Source: Thomasclavelia sp. (lineage in GTDB: Bacteria; Bacillota_I; Bacilli_A; Erysipelotrichales; Coprobacillaceae). Taken from it: DNA of 64,000 nt. The translations under genes were made by a program, and so were the position numbers. Where the stretch lies: the NCBI RefSeq assembly GCF_047249845.1, contig NZ_JBKTWO010000005.1:15397-79396 (forward strand), in the 5' to 3' direction. Below, one piece after another: positions 1 to 10,240 of the stretch; the stretch's first letter is position 1; each line of letters begins with the position of its first letter. Under the pieces are notes generated by a model that saw nothing but the letters and a program-made list of their open reading frames with translations, did no database searches and had not been told where the DNA came from.

Positions 1-818
1 TTTTTACTGATATTTAAAGATTTTAAATAATATATATCATTTCTTACAGTTCTATATATATTAACTATTATACTTAATTTTCGATTAACTATTACATACT
101 GATGTAATTCATATAATCCTTTAAATTCATCATAAAACCGTGAAAAATAAGTAGTTAGTTTATAATTATGTGAATGATATACAATAGCTTTAGGACAAAA
201 TAGTTTTTTATAACCTAATTCAATCATTTTTCTTGCCCATATTTGATCTTCAGCAAAGTTCACATCATCATATGGGTATTTATTCCAAATATCCCTTCGC
301 ATACAAGAATTGTTATCTGAATAATATGCTAACAAATGTCTATATCCTTCTTCTGTCTCATACCTTTTTTTATCTTCTAACTGATAAATTGTATTCTCTT
401 GACCAAAGCCTTGAAAATGTAAAGTTATATCCCTTTTATCAAAAATATTACAATCTTCATATGGCTTATGTGCACCAAATGCTCCTACAACATCTGGATT
501 ACGCTCCATTGCAGACACTAGTTCTTCTAACCAAACTTCATTATATGGTAAAGCATCTTGTGTAATAAAAATGATATATTTTCCAGTTCCTTTTGACGCC
601 CCATAATTCCTCGTTTTTCCATGTCCAAAATCTGATGGTTTTATTTGATATAGTTTACAATTATGCTTTTTTATAATCTCAATTGTATCATCCTTAGATC
701 CAGAATCAACACAAATTATCTCATATTGATACTTTGTTACCTGCTCTTCAATCTTGGTTAAAACCTTATTTAATAGTTCACCACCATTTTTTGTTGGTAT
801 AACAATAGACACATCCAT
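1..818 (-). CDS. GT2 glycosyltransferase, probable rhamnosyltransferase (3' end runs off the window)
   Basis: Not in ORF track. Hand translation from ATG at 818 (AGGAG upstream): MDVSIVIPTKNGG...IICVDSGSKD...FGHGKTRNYGA...FITQDALP...FAEDQIWA...VYHSH; frame open to the window edge. Confidence 0.85.
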   Translation of the reverse strand, partial: MDVSIVIPTKNGGELLNKVLTKIEEQVTKYQYEIICVDSGSKDDTIEIIKKHNCKLYQIKPSDFGHGKTRNYGASKGTGKYIIFITQDALPYNEVWLEELVSAMERNPDVVGAFGAHKPYEDCNIFDKRDITLHFQGFGQENTIYQLEDKKRYETEEGYRHLLAYYSDNNSCMRRDIWNKYPYDDVNFAEDQIWARKMIELGYKKLFCPKAIVYHSHNYKLTTYFSRFYDEFKGLYELHQYVIVNRKLSIIVNIYRTVRNDIYYLKSLNISK

Positions 819-822
819 TATT

Positions 823-2916
823 TTACTCCTTTATAAATTTCAACTTCTTTAATACTTTAACAAAAAAATTATTATTATATTTAGCTAACTTATTTTGATA
901 CTCTATTTTATCATTACTTATCGCAATATTTGCTTTAGTTAATTTAATAATATTAGCTATACATCTATCATTTACATAATAAAATAATAATTCTGCCTCT
1001 ACCTTATCATAATTTCGATTATTTATATATACTTGTGCAAAATCATCAAAATAATAATTATTATTCTCTATAAGGGTAGCATTTGTTTTAAAATCAATCT
1101 CTTCTCTATTAAAATTATCCTTTATTCCTACAATACTCTTTATTTTAACAATACAGGGCATTGAACATAATAGTATTTTTATTTCATCTACTTTCTCTTT
1201 GATACTAGTAATTAATATATAATCACTAATATTATTACTTAATTTAATCTCATTTGTTTTTAAGTTATCTTCATACACTTTTATTATATGAATATCTTTA
1301 AATATATTCATATCTTTTCTAATAACTAAATTATTCATTTTATCAAGTATTTCTGACATTTTATTTCCTTCACCTGAAATATACTTTTGAAAATTTATTT
1401 CCATTTGTAAATACACATCTTTTAACTTATCCAAAATACCATATTTAATATATAATTCATCCTTTTTTTCTACTGATAATAAATTAAAAGCTTTACTATG
1501 AAAAAGTGATCTGAATATAATAAATGTCTTAGGTACTAAAAAATTATATACCCACTCATAATCAATAATATTAACAGTACCACTAGCATCAATAATCAAA
1601 TTATCTGGTATTAAATCTATATTAGGAAAACTGACAGCCTCTAAATCCTCTAATCCCTTAATATCACCAAATACCTCTTTAAATTCATTAGAATATTTAA
1701 ATTTCTCTTTTTTTTGTAAATCTATAACATCTATTAGTATTTCAATATACTTTGTTAATTCATCTTCCTTATGCTCTATAATACATTCTTTGATTAATGT
1801 TTCTAAGCTTCTACCATAAATAAAATCAAATATTACTCTATCTTCTTCTATTTTTACTGGACAATATCTGATTTTATTATTATACTTTTTACTCCTATTT
1901 ATTTCTTTATAATAATTATACATTCTTTCCAAATGTATAATAGATTTATCTGTTAATGGTTTTTTAACTACAAATTTATTTTCACCATCATTAATTATAC
2001 TAGTTAATATCTGATAATCTTCTTTTCTTTCTCTTGAAAACTTAGAATATTTGCTATTAATCTTAAAATCCTCTTTACTAGAAATAATAAAAAATGAATT
2101 ACTAAAAAAAGGAAAACTAGAACTATTAATCAATTCATTATATACTTTACTTTCATCAAATAATTCAATTCTATCAGACTCAAAATTCCAATTATTATTA
2201 TTTAAGTCTCCAAAAGTTGGTAATTTCTCATCACTATATATAGTTTCTGTAAAAAGATGATCAGGATATGGATAATAATACTTAATAAATTTGAAACCCA
2301 CTTCAGTAAGTTTATTAGCATACTCATTTTTAGAATATGTATGAGTACTTGAATCTTGACAATACCCCTCTATTCCCTCAAATAATTTTTGTGAATAAAA
2401 TTCATTTTCACCAGAAAAATATCTCAAACCAAATTTATTAAAAGAAATAATGATAATTTTACCATCAGGTCTTAATACTCTATCAACTATATGTAATAAC
2501 TCTTCAAGATTATTTGATAATTCAATAAAATAATCAACAACTACATAATCAACTTGATTTTCATATTTTTGAATGAACTTCAATTCATCTTCGCATACCC
2601 AATCTATATTTTCATAATCACTATTTAATTTTCTATTTATACTAGTTAATTTTTGATTGCTATCTATTGCTACAACCCATTTGCACTTATCTGCTAGACT
2701 TTGCGTAATAATACCTGATCCTGATCCTATATGAATAACAACTGATTCACTGTCAAAATCAAACCAATCTATTACATTCTTGCGATGATTAGATAAATGA
2801 TACAAAAGGGGAAATGAGGGATTCTTTAAAAATATATCTTGTGACATGCCATTTATAATCATATTATCAATTGATGTTAAAACATCTTCATTAAGTAATT
2901 TATCTAAAATTCCCAT
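823..2916 (-). CDS. SAM-methyltransferase-like plus kinase-like fusion (WbdD-like glycan chain terminator candidate)
   Basis: N-terminal IHIGSGSG/IDSN class I MTase motifs; central VVKK, NIDLIPDN and IIDYEW kinase-fold motifs; short C-terminal coiled coil and basic amphipathic tail. Confidence 0.65.
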   Translation of the reverse strand: MGILDKLLNEDVLTSIDNMIINGMSQDIFLKNPSFPLLYHLSNHRKNVIDWFDFDSESVVIHIGSGSGIITQSLADKCKWVVAIDSNQKLTSINRKLNSDYENIDWVCEDELKFIQKYENQVDYVVVDYFIELSNNLEELLHIVDRVLRPDGKIIIISFNKFGLRYFSGENEFYSQKLFEGIEGYCQDSSTHTYSKNEYANKLTEVGFKFIKYYYPYPDHLFTETIYSDEKLPTFGDLNNNNWNFESDRIELFDESKVYNELINSSSFPFFSNSFFIISSKEDFKINSKYSKFSRERKEDYQILTSIINDGENKFVVKKPLTDKSIIHLERMYNYYKEINRSKKYNNKIRYCPVKIEEDRVIFDFIYGRSLETLIKECIIEHKEDELTKYIEILIDVIDLQKKEKFKYSNEFKEVFGDIKGLEDLEAVSFPNIDLIPDNLIIDASGTVNIIDYEWVYNFLVPKTFIIFRSLFHSKAFNLLSVEKKDELYIKYGILDKLKDVYLQMEINFQKYISGEGNKMSEILDKMNNLVIRKDMNIFKDIHIIKVYEDNLKTNEIKLSNNISDYILITSIKEKVDEIKILLCSMPCIVKIKSIVGIKDNFNREEIDFKTNATLIENNNYYFDDFAQVYINNRNYDKVEAELLFYYVNDRCIANIIKLTKANIAISNDKIEYQNKLAKYNNNFFVKVLKKLKFIKE

Positions 2917-4087
2917 TATCTTGCGCTCCTTGAGATTTATTATAACATACGGCAGATGTTCTCCGCATCCTTATTTGTAAAATAAAAATCAAAACACTTC
3001 TCTACCTGTTATATAACTTATATATTGACCTTTTTGGAGAGTATTAAGCTATTCTCCTCTATTTTTGTTAAGAGTGTGTTTTGACATGTTTATCATAGAA
3101 CATTAGAGTTATAAAATCAATGAGATTTTATTCTCATTTGATTGTATTATAATCAAATGTTTCTTATGTAAAAGATAATGCTGCTTATATTACTTATCTT
3201 CTCCTAAAATTAATAAGAATAAACTTGCTAATGCTATTTTTGATAATGATCCTTCTGAAACTGTATTTATTATTGTCTTTTCAGCCGCTGTACTTTGTTG
3301 AACCATGACAATAGTATATATAATCACCAGACTATAAAACCGCCTTGTCAACAAACTAAATAGAAGCATTACTATTTTTATTAAAATAAAATGAGTTAGG
3401 AAATTTAAACATGCTCTCCTTATTAATCTAAAGGTTTATATTAATGATATATAATAAGCTTTTAAGGCTGTTTAATAAAAATAAGATTATCTATGAAAAT
3501 GTATCATAATTCTTTTTCCTTATTGACTATTTTGATAAAACAAAACGCTAATAATATTCCCAATAAAAAAACATCTTTATCATTTGGTGGAATGTTAAAT
3601 CTTCCTGTTATTAAACAAAGGGTCTGATATATTAATAAATGTAAATTTGCAACCAATATAAACTTCAAACAAAAAAGGGTTTATCCTTTATATACAGAAA
3701 ATTGGTAAAAACTTCATATTTTATTCTCTACTGGCAAGATATTATTTATTATTTGGTCAAAAATTTCAATATATAGTAAGGTTCAAAAGTAAGATTGTTT
3801 CTGATTTAATAAACATGGAAAAATTTTTGAATAAAAATCAAATGAATATATATAAATAATCCCAGAACTTAAATCACAACAAACAATCAGTTGAATATAA
3901 AGTTCTGAAGTGAGTCATTATGAAATCAGTAGCATAAGGTAAAAAGATAACAATCAATTTTCTGTCATATCCTGGTAAAAAATACCTAGTTAAAATAATA
4001 CTGGATTGAAGTTATGTATCGCAATAGAAACTATTATTTTCATGCATTTTCAATACAATACCATGATTTAAAACTATGCTAACTTAA

Positions 4088-4115
4088 AATAAGATAGAAT
4101 TAAATCTATCTTATT
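4088..4115 (-). terminator. Intrinsic terminator after wzt
   Basis: aataagataga/tctatcttatt 11-bp inverted repeat followed by a T-rich tract on the minus strand. Confidence 0.6.
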
Positions 4116-4121
4116 CAAAAT

Positions 4122-5414
4122 TTATTCTACTTTTACTTCTACTTGTGATTCACTATCAAAAAAACCAACTGTTCCTTTATCAGCAACTACACCAACAACA
4201 CAACAATTATAATTTCTATTATATACAACAAACTGATCACCTTCATAGCCTGTACATCCCAATGATAAAAGATATTGTCCAGGCTGCAAATATTGTTTTT
4301 GATTAAAACTAATTGTTACTATATCACCTGCTTTTATATATGCAGTGTCAATTCCTTCCAATAAAGTATTAGTTCCTGTCAACTCAGAACCTTTTACATC
4401 TCTAAGTTTATATGCAAAAATAGGCGATTTAATGTTTTCATTGATTCTTACTTTCATTCTAACTTCATAAAAATCACCTTTATATACATTATTTCCAATA
4501 TTTCCACTCATATCAAATATTCCAAAATCAATAATTTCAGCCCGTCCATCGCCATAAACTTCAATATCGGGATTAATAAGCATATTTTCTTTCCAAAGAA
4601 GAGCTTTTTTACTGACATTATTTTTATTACCTATATTTGTTTTAGATATAATTCTTTTTTCTTCATCAGATTTCCATTGTCCAACCATAATTTTTTTATA
4701 TAAATCAACCATTTCTTGAGAATTTCCTTCAGCTACCTTTTCTCCAGCATTTAATAAAACACATCTATTACAATATTTAATTACACTTCCCATATCATGA
4801 GTAACAAACAGTATTGTTTTACCACGATTTCTAAAATCTTCAAATTTACGATAACATTTATTTTGAAAAAAAACATCACCTACAGATAAAGCTTCATCAA
4901 CTATTAATATATCAGGATCTACACTTATTGCTACTGAAAACGCCAATCTTGCAAACATACCACTTGAATAAGTTTTAACTGGTTGATAAATATGTTCTCC
5001 AATATCTGCAAAAGTAACTATATCATCTAACTTTTCATCCATCTCTTCTTTAGTAAAACCTATCATTTGGCCATTTAGATAAATATTCTCTATTCCTGTA
5101 TATTCCATATTAAAACCTGCACCCAATTCTAATAATGCTGCTATTTTCCCATTAACTTTTGAAGTTCCACTAGTAGGAGTTAATACACTAGTTATAATCT
5201 TTAAAATAGTTGATTTTCCTGAACCATTTTTCCCTATTATTCCTAATATTTCTCCTTCATAAACATCAAATGAAACATTTTTTAATGCCATAAAATCTCG
5301 ATGTAATACTTTTTTTGTAATTGAAAAAGTTTCTTTTAATCTATCAACTGGTTTATTATACAATTTATACACTTTTGTTATGTTAGATATCTCTATTGCT
5401 TTATTTTGTTTCAT
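4122..5414 (-). CDS. wzt: Polysaccharide ABC exporter ATPase with C-terminal Wzt_C domain
   Basis: Walker A GKNGSGKST, YSSGM signature, ILIVDE Walker B, C-terminal extension of about 180 aa. Confidence 0.92.
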   Translation of the reverse strand: MKQNKAIEISNITKVYKLYNKPVDRLKETFSITKKVLHRDFMALKNVSFDVYEGEILGIIGKNGSGKSTILKIITSVLTPTSGTSKVNGKIAALLELGAGFNMEYTGIENIYLNGQMIGFTKEEMDEKLDDIVTFADIGEHIYQPVKTYSSGMFARLAFSVAISVDPDILIVDEALSVGDVFFQNKCYRKFEDFRNRGKTILFVTHDMGSVIKYCNRCVLLNAGEKVAEGNSQEMVDLYKKIMVGQWKSDEEKRIISKTNIGNKNNVSKKALLWKENMLINPDIEVYGDGRAEIIDFGIFDMSGNIGNNVYKGDFYEVRMKVRINENIKSPIFAYKLRDVKGSELTGTNTLLEGIDTAYIKAGDIVTISFNQKQYLQPGQYLLSLGCTGYEGDQFVVYNRNYNCCVVGVVADKGTVGFFDSESQVEVKVE

Positions 5415-5423
5415 AACACCCTC

Positions 5424-6230
5424 CTATAAAGAATCTGAAAAATGTGGTTTCATCTTTTTAAAAATTATTGTTCCAATAACAAATAAAACAATTACAAACA
5501 CCCAAAAATAAATTGTTAAAGAAATACTATTAGTTACAAACCATTGACTTTCCAAAACAACTGCTCTATAACCCTGTACTATATAATACATTGGATTTAA
5601 CTTTAAAACTATTGATAAAGGATGAGCTGCAACCATACTAAAATCCCACATAATCGGAGTTAACCACATCCCAGCTTGTAACGCTACCTGGACTAATTGA
5701 CTTAAATCACTAAAGAAAACATTAATTGATGCTGTAATATAGGCTAATGCTAATACTAATGCAATTAAACAAATAGTAAAATATAACAATTGTAAAAATT
5801 GTGGCGTTGGATAATAACCAAAAATACATGCTACTAATATTAGTAAAACAACAAAAAAACAATGTACAAATAATGATGAAATTATTTTTATTACTGGTAA
5901 AATCTCAATATCAAAAACAACCTTCTTGACTAAATAACTATATTCAATAAAACAAGTAGTTACACTATTTAAGGCATCTGAAAAGAAAAACCAAGGAATT
6001 AAACCACACATTATCCATAAAATGAAAGGATAATTTTGACCATTACTGCCAGAGGCCTTAGCTTTTAAACCAATTTCAAATACAAACCAATATATTACGA
6101 TTGTAACAATAGGTTGAATAAAAGCCCAAATCAACCCAAGATAAGAACCTGCATACTTTTTCTTGATATCATTTTTACTTAAATAAAGAACTAATTTATT
6201 GTTTTTTAAAATACTCTTAAATATTTCCAT
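5424..6230 (-). CDS. wzm: Polysaccharide ABC exporter permease
   Basis: KYAGSYLGLIWAFIQP, LVKKVVF, TPIMW and NPMYYIV..YR ABC-2 motifs; adjacent to wzt. Confidence 0.92.
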   Translation of the reverse strand: MEIFKSILKNNKLVLYLSKNDIKKKYAGSYLGLIWAFIQPIVTIVIYWFVFEIGLKAKASGSNGQNYPFILWIMCGLIPWFFFSDALNSVTTCFIEYSYLVKKVVFDIEILPVIKIISSLFVHCFFVVLLILVACIFGYYPTPQFLQLLYFTICLIALVLALAYITASINVFFSDLSQLVQVALQAGMWLTPIMWDFSMVAAHPLSIVLKLNPMYYIVQGYRAVVLESQWFVTNSISLTIYFWVFVIVLFVIGTIIFKKMKPHFSDSL

Positions 6231-6292
6231 ATATTACCTCACCATTTTATCCTATGATACAACACTATTCTATTCAAGTCAAATTGCTGAAA

Positions 6293-7156
6293 CTAATCAT
6301 CTAATGATATAGAGATTAATCCCTCATTTGCAATATAATTTTTCTTTACACCTATTTTCTTCATCCACTTTTTAGTTTCATCTGTTTTATATAATTTATC
6401 TTTATTTTCCCACAACCAATCTGTAGTTGGCCATAAGCAATAATCCGGATTAATTATCTTATAAGCCTCTTCATTTACTCCCGCTTGTCCATGATGAGCC
6501 ATTTGAACATAATCCATATTTGATATTTTATCTTTACTATTAAGTAATAATTCTTCTTGAGCTTCTACTGCTAAATCACCTAAAAATAAAATTGATTTAT
6601 TATTAACCACAACCTTATATACTGTTGAAGAATTATTACCAGCATTTTTTATAATTTTAGAATTAAATGTTCTTATTATTTCAACCGTTATACTTTCTAA
6701 ATTAATTTTATTTTCTTTTTCTACTTTTTCTTTATTATTAACTAAATCTAAACCTCTATTAATTTCAACTAAATCAACATATCTATTTTTTTCATACTTT
6801 TCTACCCATGACTCATCAGGAAAATTATAATAAATATTCTTTATTTTCAATTCATTTGTATTATCAAGTAAATAGGAAGCTAAAGCTCCTGTATGGTCTT
6901 TGTGATAATGAGTTATCAGCCATGCATCAACTACACCATCTAAACTGACTGTTTTAATCTGTTTGATTAGTTCACTCTTATCTTCCTTAGTTCCACCATC
7001 AATTACAATTGTTGTATCATCATAGTGAATTATGTAAGACATCATTTGACTATAGGATTGATTAGATAATTGATAGATATTATTTTTAGAATCTGTACAC
7101 CCCGATATAAAAATAAGTAAAGTAAAAATTAAATAGTATTTTAAAACTTTTTTCAT
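6293..7156 (-). CDS. Metallo-beta-lactamase-fold lipoprotein (ComEC/Pce-like hydrolase)
   Basis: Lipobox ISGC; IDGG, THYHKDH, NNSS, LFLGD and AHHG motifs. Confidence 0.8.
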   Translation of the reverse strand: MKKVLKYYLIFTLLIFISGCTDSKNNIYQLSNQSYSQMMSYIIHYDDTTIVIDGGTKEDKSELIKQIKTVSLDGVVDAWLITHYHKDHTGALASYLLDNTNELKIKNIYYNFPDESWVEKYEKNRYVDLVEINRGLDLVNNKEKVEKENKINLESITVEIIRTFNSKIIKNAGNNSSTVYKVVVNNKSILFLGDLAVEAQEELLLNSKDKISNMDYVQMAHHGQAGVNEEAYKIINPDYCLWPTTDWLWENKDKLYKTDETKKWMKKIGVKKNYIANEGLISISLDD

Positions 7157-7163
7157 ATATTAA

Positions 7164-9140
7164 CTACCTTTCATATACATAATATGAAACAGCCGCATTT
7201 TCATCAATTACATAATCAAATAATTCAAAGTCCATTTTTCTCATATATTTATCGTACTCTTTTGATGGTAGTACAACACAATTAATTGGAAATTTATTTA
7301 AAACAGCTTTAAATTTTTGATACGTATCTTCACTTAATGCTGATATAAAATCTTCATAACAACGTTGATCTTCTTCTGTATATTCAAAAAAAGGATTTGA
7401 TTCAACTTCACCAGCATATCTAAATTTTGCAGATACTGATGTAACAGAAGGGGCAAAAGCAGTTATACTTGTCGCTAAAGGATGAGCTGTTCCGTTCACT
7501 GCCTCTAATTCTCTAGATACAACATTTAATTGCTGATCTTTTGTTTCTGATAATCTTTTTAGAATTTCACCCAATTTTATGGTACTGTTAGGAGCAAAAT
7601 ATTTATTTTCAAGTATTATCGAAAGTGAAGCCTTCATATCTAAAGAGCTTAAAGTTCTTTGTTCATTCATAAAGAGATTACCACCTGCCATTTTAGTTGA
7701 ATAAACTGATCCTAAAAATAAGCACATAGTAACTAACAAAGATAACGTATATACTAATATACTTTTTACTTCAAAGCTACATATAAAAATATACAGCTCC
7801 ATAAAAGCAATTACAATAATCATGTAAATGATAGCTGTTCCAACTCTGCCCATAACAAAATTATAAAAAGCTGATAAAGAACTTATGTTTGATAATATTG
7901 GACAACAATATAAAAGTAGTGATACTATAACTATTATATTAAGTTTAGTAATAATTCTCTTTTTTAATATAAATGATATTAAAATTATTATAAGAGAGCC
8001 TATTATTATTGGTGATTGAATATTATTTGTAAATATTTCTAAAGCATAATTTGATACTGGTCGTATTATACTATTATTATTTAATAATAATCCACCTATA
8101 AATATTAACAATATTAATACTACTGCAAATATTTTTTCTTTTTTTTCTCCTTGAATCCAAGTTGCAATCAAATATGCAAGAGAAATTATTACAATTATAG
8201 GAATTGCAATTGTTGATTTAGAAACCAAAACTACTGCTATACAAACAACAGCACCGACATCTTTTAATCTTATTTTATCTTTAGAGATAAAGGGTACTAG
8301 TATAAGAAATGTTCCAATTACTCTTACTACAGATGAGCCATAATACATTGCATTAATAAACTGATTAGAATCTTGTAAACTCAAAATATTATTTGCCTTT
8401 AAAAACATTTCATTAAAACCAAACAATAATACTATTGCAGGAATAAATTGGAGTATTTTTTTATTAAATTTAATATCCATCTTATCAAATACTTTTTCAG
8501 CAAATGCATAAACACTACATACTAACAATAAATAATTAAACCCTGATAAAAATAACCTTGCATATAATGTAGGTGTACATTTAGTAAGATATATATAAAA
8601 CGAAGCTTCTAATTCATATGTATTAAAACTGTATGTATTTAAACTTCCTGTTCCAATAAACCCTGTTGAAGGAATAACACCAAATGGTGATTTAACATAA
8701 GGTAAGATACTCATTTTATTTATATAAAAACCATCATCTAAATGATTATTAAACCAAAGAGCTATATAACAAAACATCAATATTGATAACAACATTATTA
8801 CAATAATCATTAAAAATGAATAATTTGCAAATATTTTCTTTAATCCTTTAGGTAATATCTTTTTCTTATCTTTTTTCAATTTATATATAGTAAAACATGT
8901 CAAAATTATAAGAACAATAATCATATACCAAAAGAAACTTTCCCAGGTCAATTGAGCACACTGAATAACTATTCCACCAACAGCAACAAAAAAACTATAA
9001 CTTAGATATCCAATAACAAAACGATATGGTACACTTTCTTCGTTGTCAACTATTGCAGTCCCCAACAAATACAGACCAAATATCATTGTAAAAAATAAAC
9101 AAGATAAAACTATATATTCATTCATATCCCTTTTGTACAA
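7164..9140 (-). CDS. Polytopic membrane protein, possible GT-C glycosyltransferase
   Basis: More than 10 hydrophobic segments, HLDDGFY acidic motif in an early loop, soluble C-terminal domain, located after the flippase module. Confidence 0.5.
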   Translation of the reverse strand: MYKRDMNEYIVLSCLFFTMIFGLYLLGTAIVDNEESVPYRFVIGYLSYSFFVAVGGIVIQCAQLTWESFFWYMIIVLIILTCFTIYKLKKDKKKILPKGLKKIFANYSFLMIIVIMLLSILMFCYIALWFNNHLDDGFYINKMSILPYVKSPFGVIPSTGFIGTGSLNTYSFNTYELEASFYIYLTKCTPTLYARLFLSGFNYLLLVCSVYAFAEKVFDKMDIKFNKKILQFIPAIVLLFGFNEMFLKANNILSLQDSNQFINAMYYGSSVVRVIGTFLILVPFISKDKIRLKDVGAVVCIAVVLVSKSTIAIPIIVIISLAYLIATWIQGEKKEKIFAVVLILLIFIGGLLLNNNSIIRPVSNYALEIFTNNIQSPIIIGSLIIILISFILKKRIITKLNIIVIVSLLLYCCPILSNISSLSAFYNFVMGRVGTAIIYMIIVIAFMELYIFICSFEVKSILVYTLSLLVTMCLFLGSVYSTKMAGGNLFMNEQRTLSSLDMKASLSIILENKYFAPNSTIKLGEILKRLSETKDQQLNVVSRELEAVNGTAHPLATSITAFAPSVTSVSAKFRYAGEVESNPFFEYTEEDQRCYEDFISALSEDTYQKFKAVLNKFPINCVVLPSKEYDKYMRKMDFELFDYVIDENAAVSYYVYER

Positions 9141-9256
9141 TCAATTTGTATCTAAATCAAATACAAACTTCATACATCTCCTTCCTCAACTATATAAAAA
9201 TAAATATTTATATAATTGTAACAAAATTTACTTAATACACATATTTAAATATAAAA

Positions 9257-10228
9257 TTACCTCTTATTAATTGCAACTATTAAATCACCTATAAAAGTCT
9301 TAAACGTTCCAAACACGCTATATTTTCCTAGAATATATGATTTAAATAGTAAAAAATATTTATTATTATTCATTCCATCTAATCTCATATTTAAATAATC
9401 TAAACGTCTAGACATTAGCAAATAATCATTATAACAAAGTTCTTTAAAAGATAAAACAAATTCAGTGATTGTCTTTTCCTCACTTGTTAATTCTATTCTA
9501 TTTTTTAAACGTTTACTTTTTTCATTCATAATATCTTGTTCTAGAATAGAAGACAAACCTATTGTATTATTATCGTGAATTCTATAATCAATAAGTGCCT
9601 CATCTAAATAATAACAACTGCCATTAATTGCTCCGATTAAATTTATCTCCCAATCATGAGGATGTAATCCTATGCTATTATTTAAAAAACTTTGTTTTAC
9701 ACTTTTATCAAATGCCATTGTACAACCTTGTGCAAAATTATTCATAATAACTATTTCTAAATCTATTTTTGTAAGTTTTTTTTCTACACAAATTGGTAAT
9801 AAATTATTATTTGACATACCTGCTCTTTTTTCAATATCAATAATCTCATCATCTTGATTAATAAAATTACAGCTAGAAGCTAATGTAAGTATTTGATTTT
9901 TTTTCATTATATCTGACATTTTTTCAATTTTATCTAAATGCCATATATCATCTTGATCAGCAAAAAAAATTATATCTCCTGTGCATAATGTTAAACCTTT
10001 ACGAAAATTCTTTTTATACCCAAGATTAACTTCATTTTCTACTAATTTCCAATTATCAAGATGCTTTTCCTTTATAAACGACGTAACGATTTTTTTTGAA
10101 TCATCACTAGAACAATCATCTACAATTATCACTTCATCAATTTTCTTTGTTTGCATATTTATTGATTCTAACTGTTTTAATAAGTACATACTTCCATTGT
10201 AAACAGCCATCACTACTGAAATCTTCAT
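9257..10228 (-). CDS. GT2 glycosyltransferase (RgpB-like)
   Basis: ISVVMAVYNG, VDDCSSD, FADQDDIW, HDW and YRIH motifs. Confidence 0.9.
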   Translation of the reverse strand: MKISVVMAVYNGSMYLLKQLESINMQTKKIDEVIIVDDCSSDDSKKIVTSFIKEKHLDNWKLVENEVNLGYKKNFRKGLTLCTGDIIFFADQDDIWHLDKIEKMSDIMKKNQILTLASSCNFINQDDEIIDIEKRAGMSNNNLLPICVEKKLTKIDLEIVIMNNFAQGCTMAFDKSVKQSFLNNSIGLHPHDWEINLIGAINGSCYYLDEALIDYRIHDNNTIGLSSILEQDIMNEKSKRLKNRIELTSEEKTITEFVLSFKELCYNDYLLMSRRLDYLNMRLDGMNNNKYFLLFKSYILGKYSVFGTFKTFIGDLIVAINKR

Positions 10229-10240
10229 TTAATCACCTTT

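Noticed and set aside
233..565. Plus-strand 110-aa ORF and the other short antisense or overlapping ORFs in the track (e.g. 2051, 9043, 16891, 20910, 33786, 35022, 48970, 58085, 63192)
   Set aside because: They are shadows of well-supported genes on the opposite strand or frame and have no recognisable motifs. The repeated ones at 20.6-21.6 kb only mirror the 453-bp repeat.
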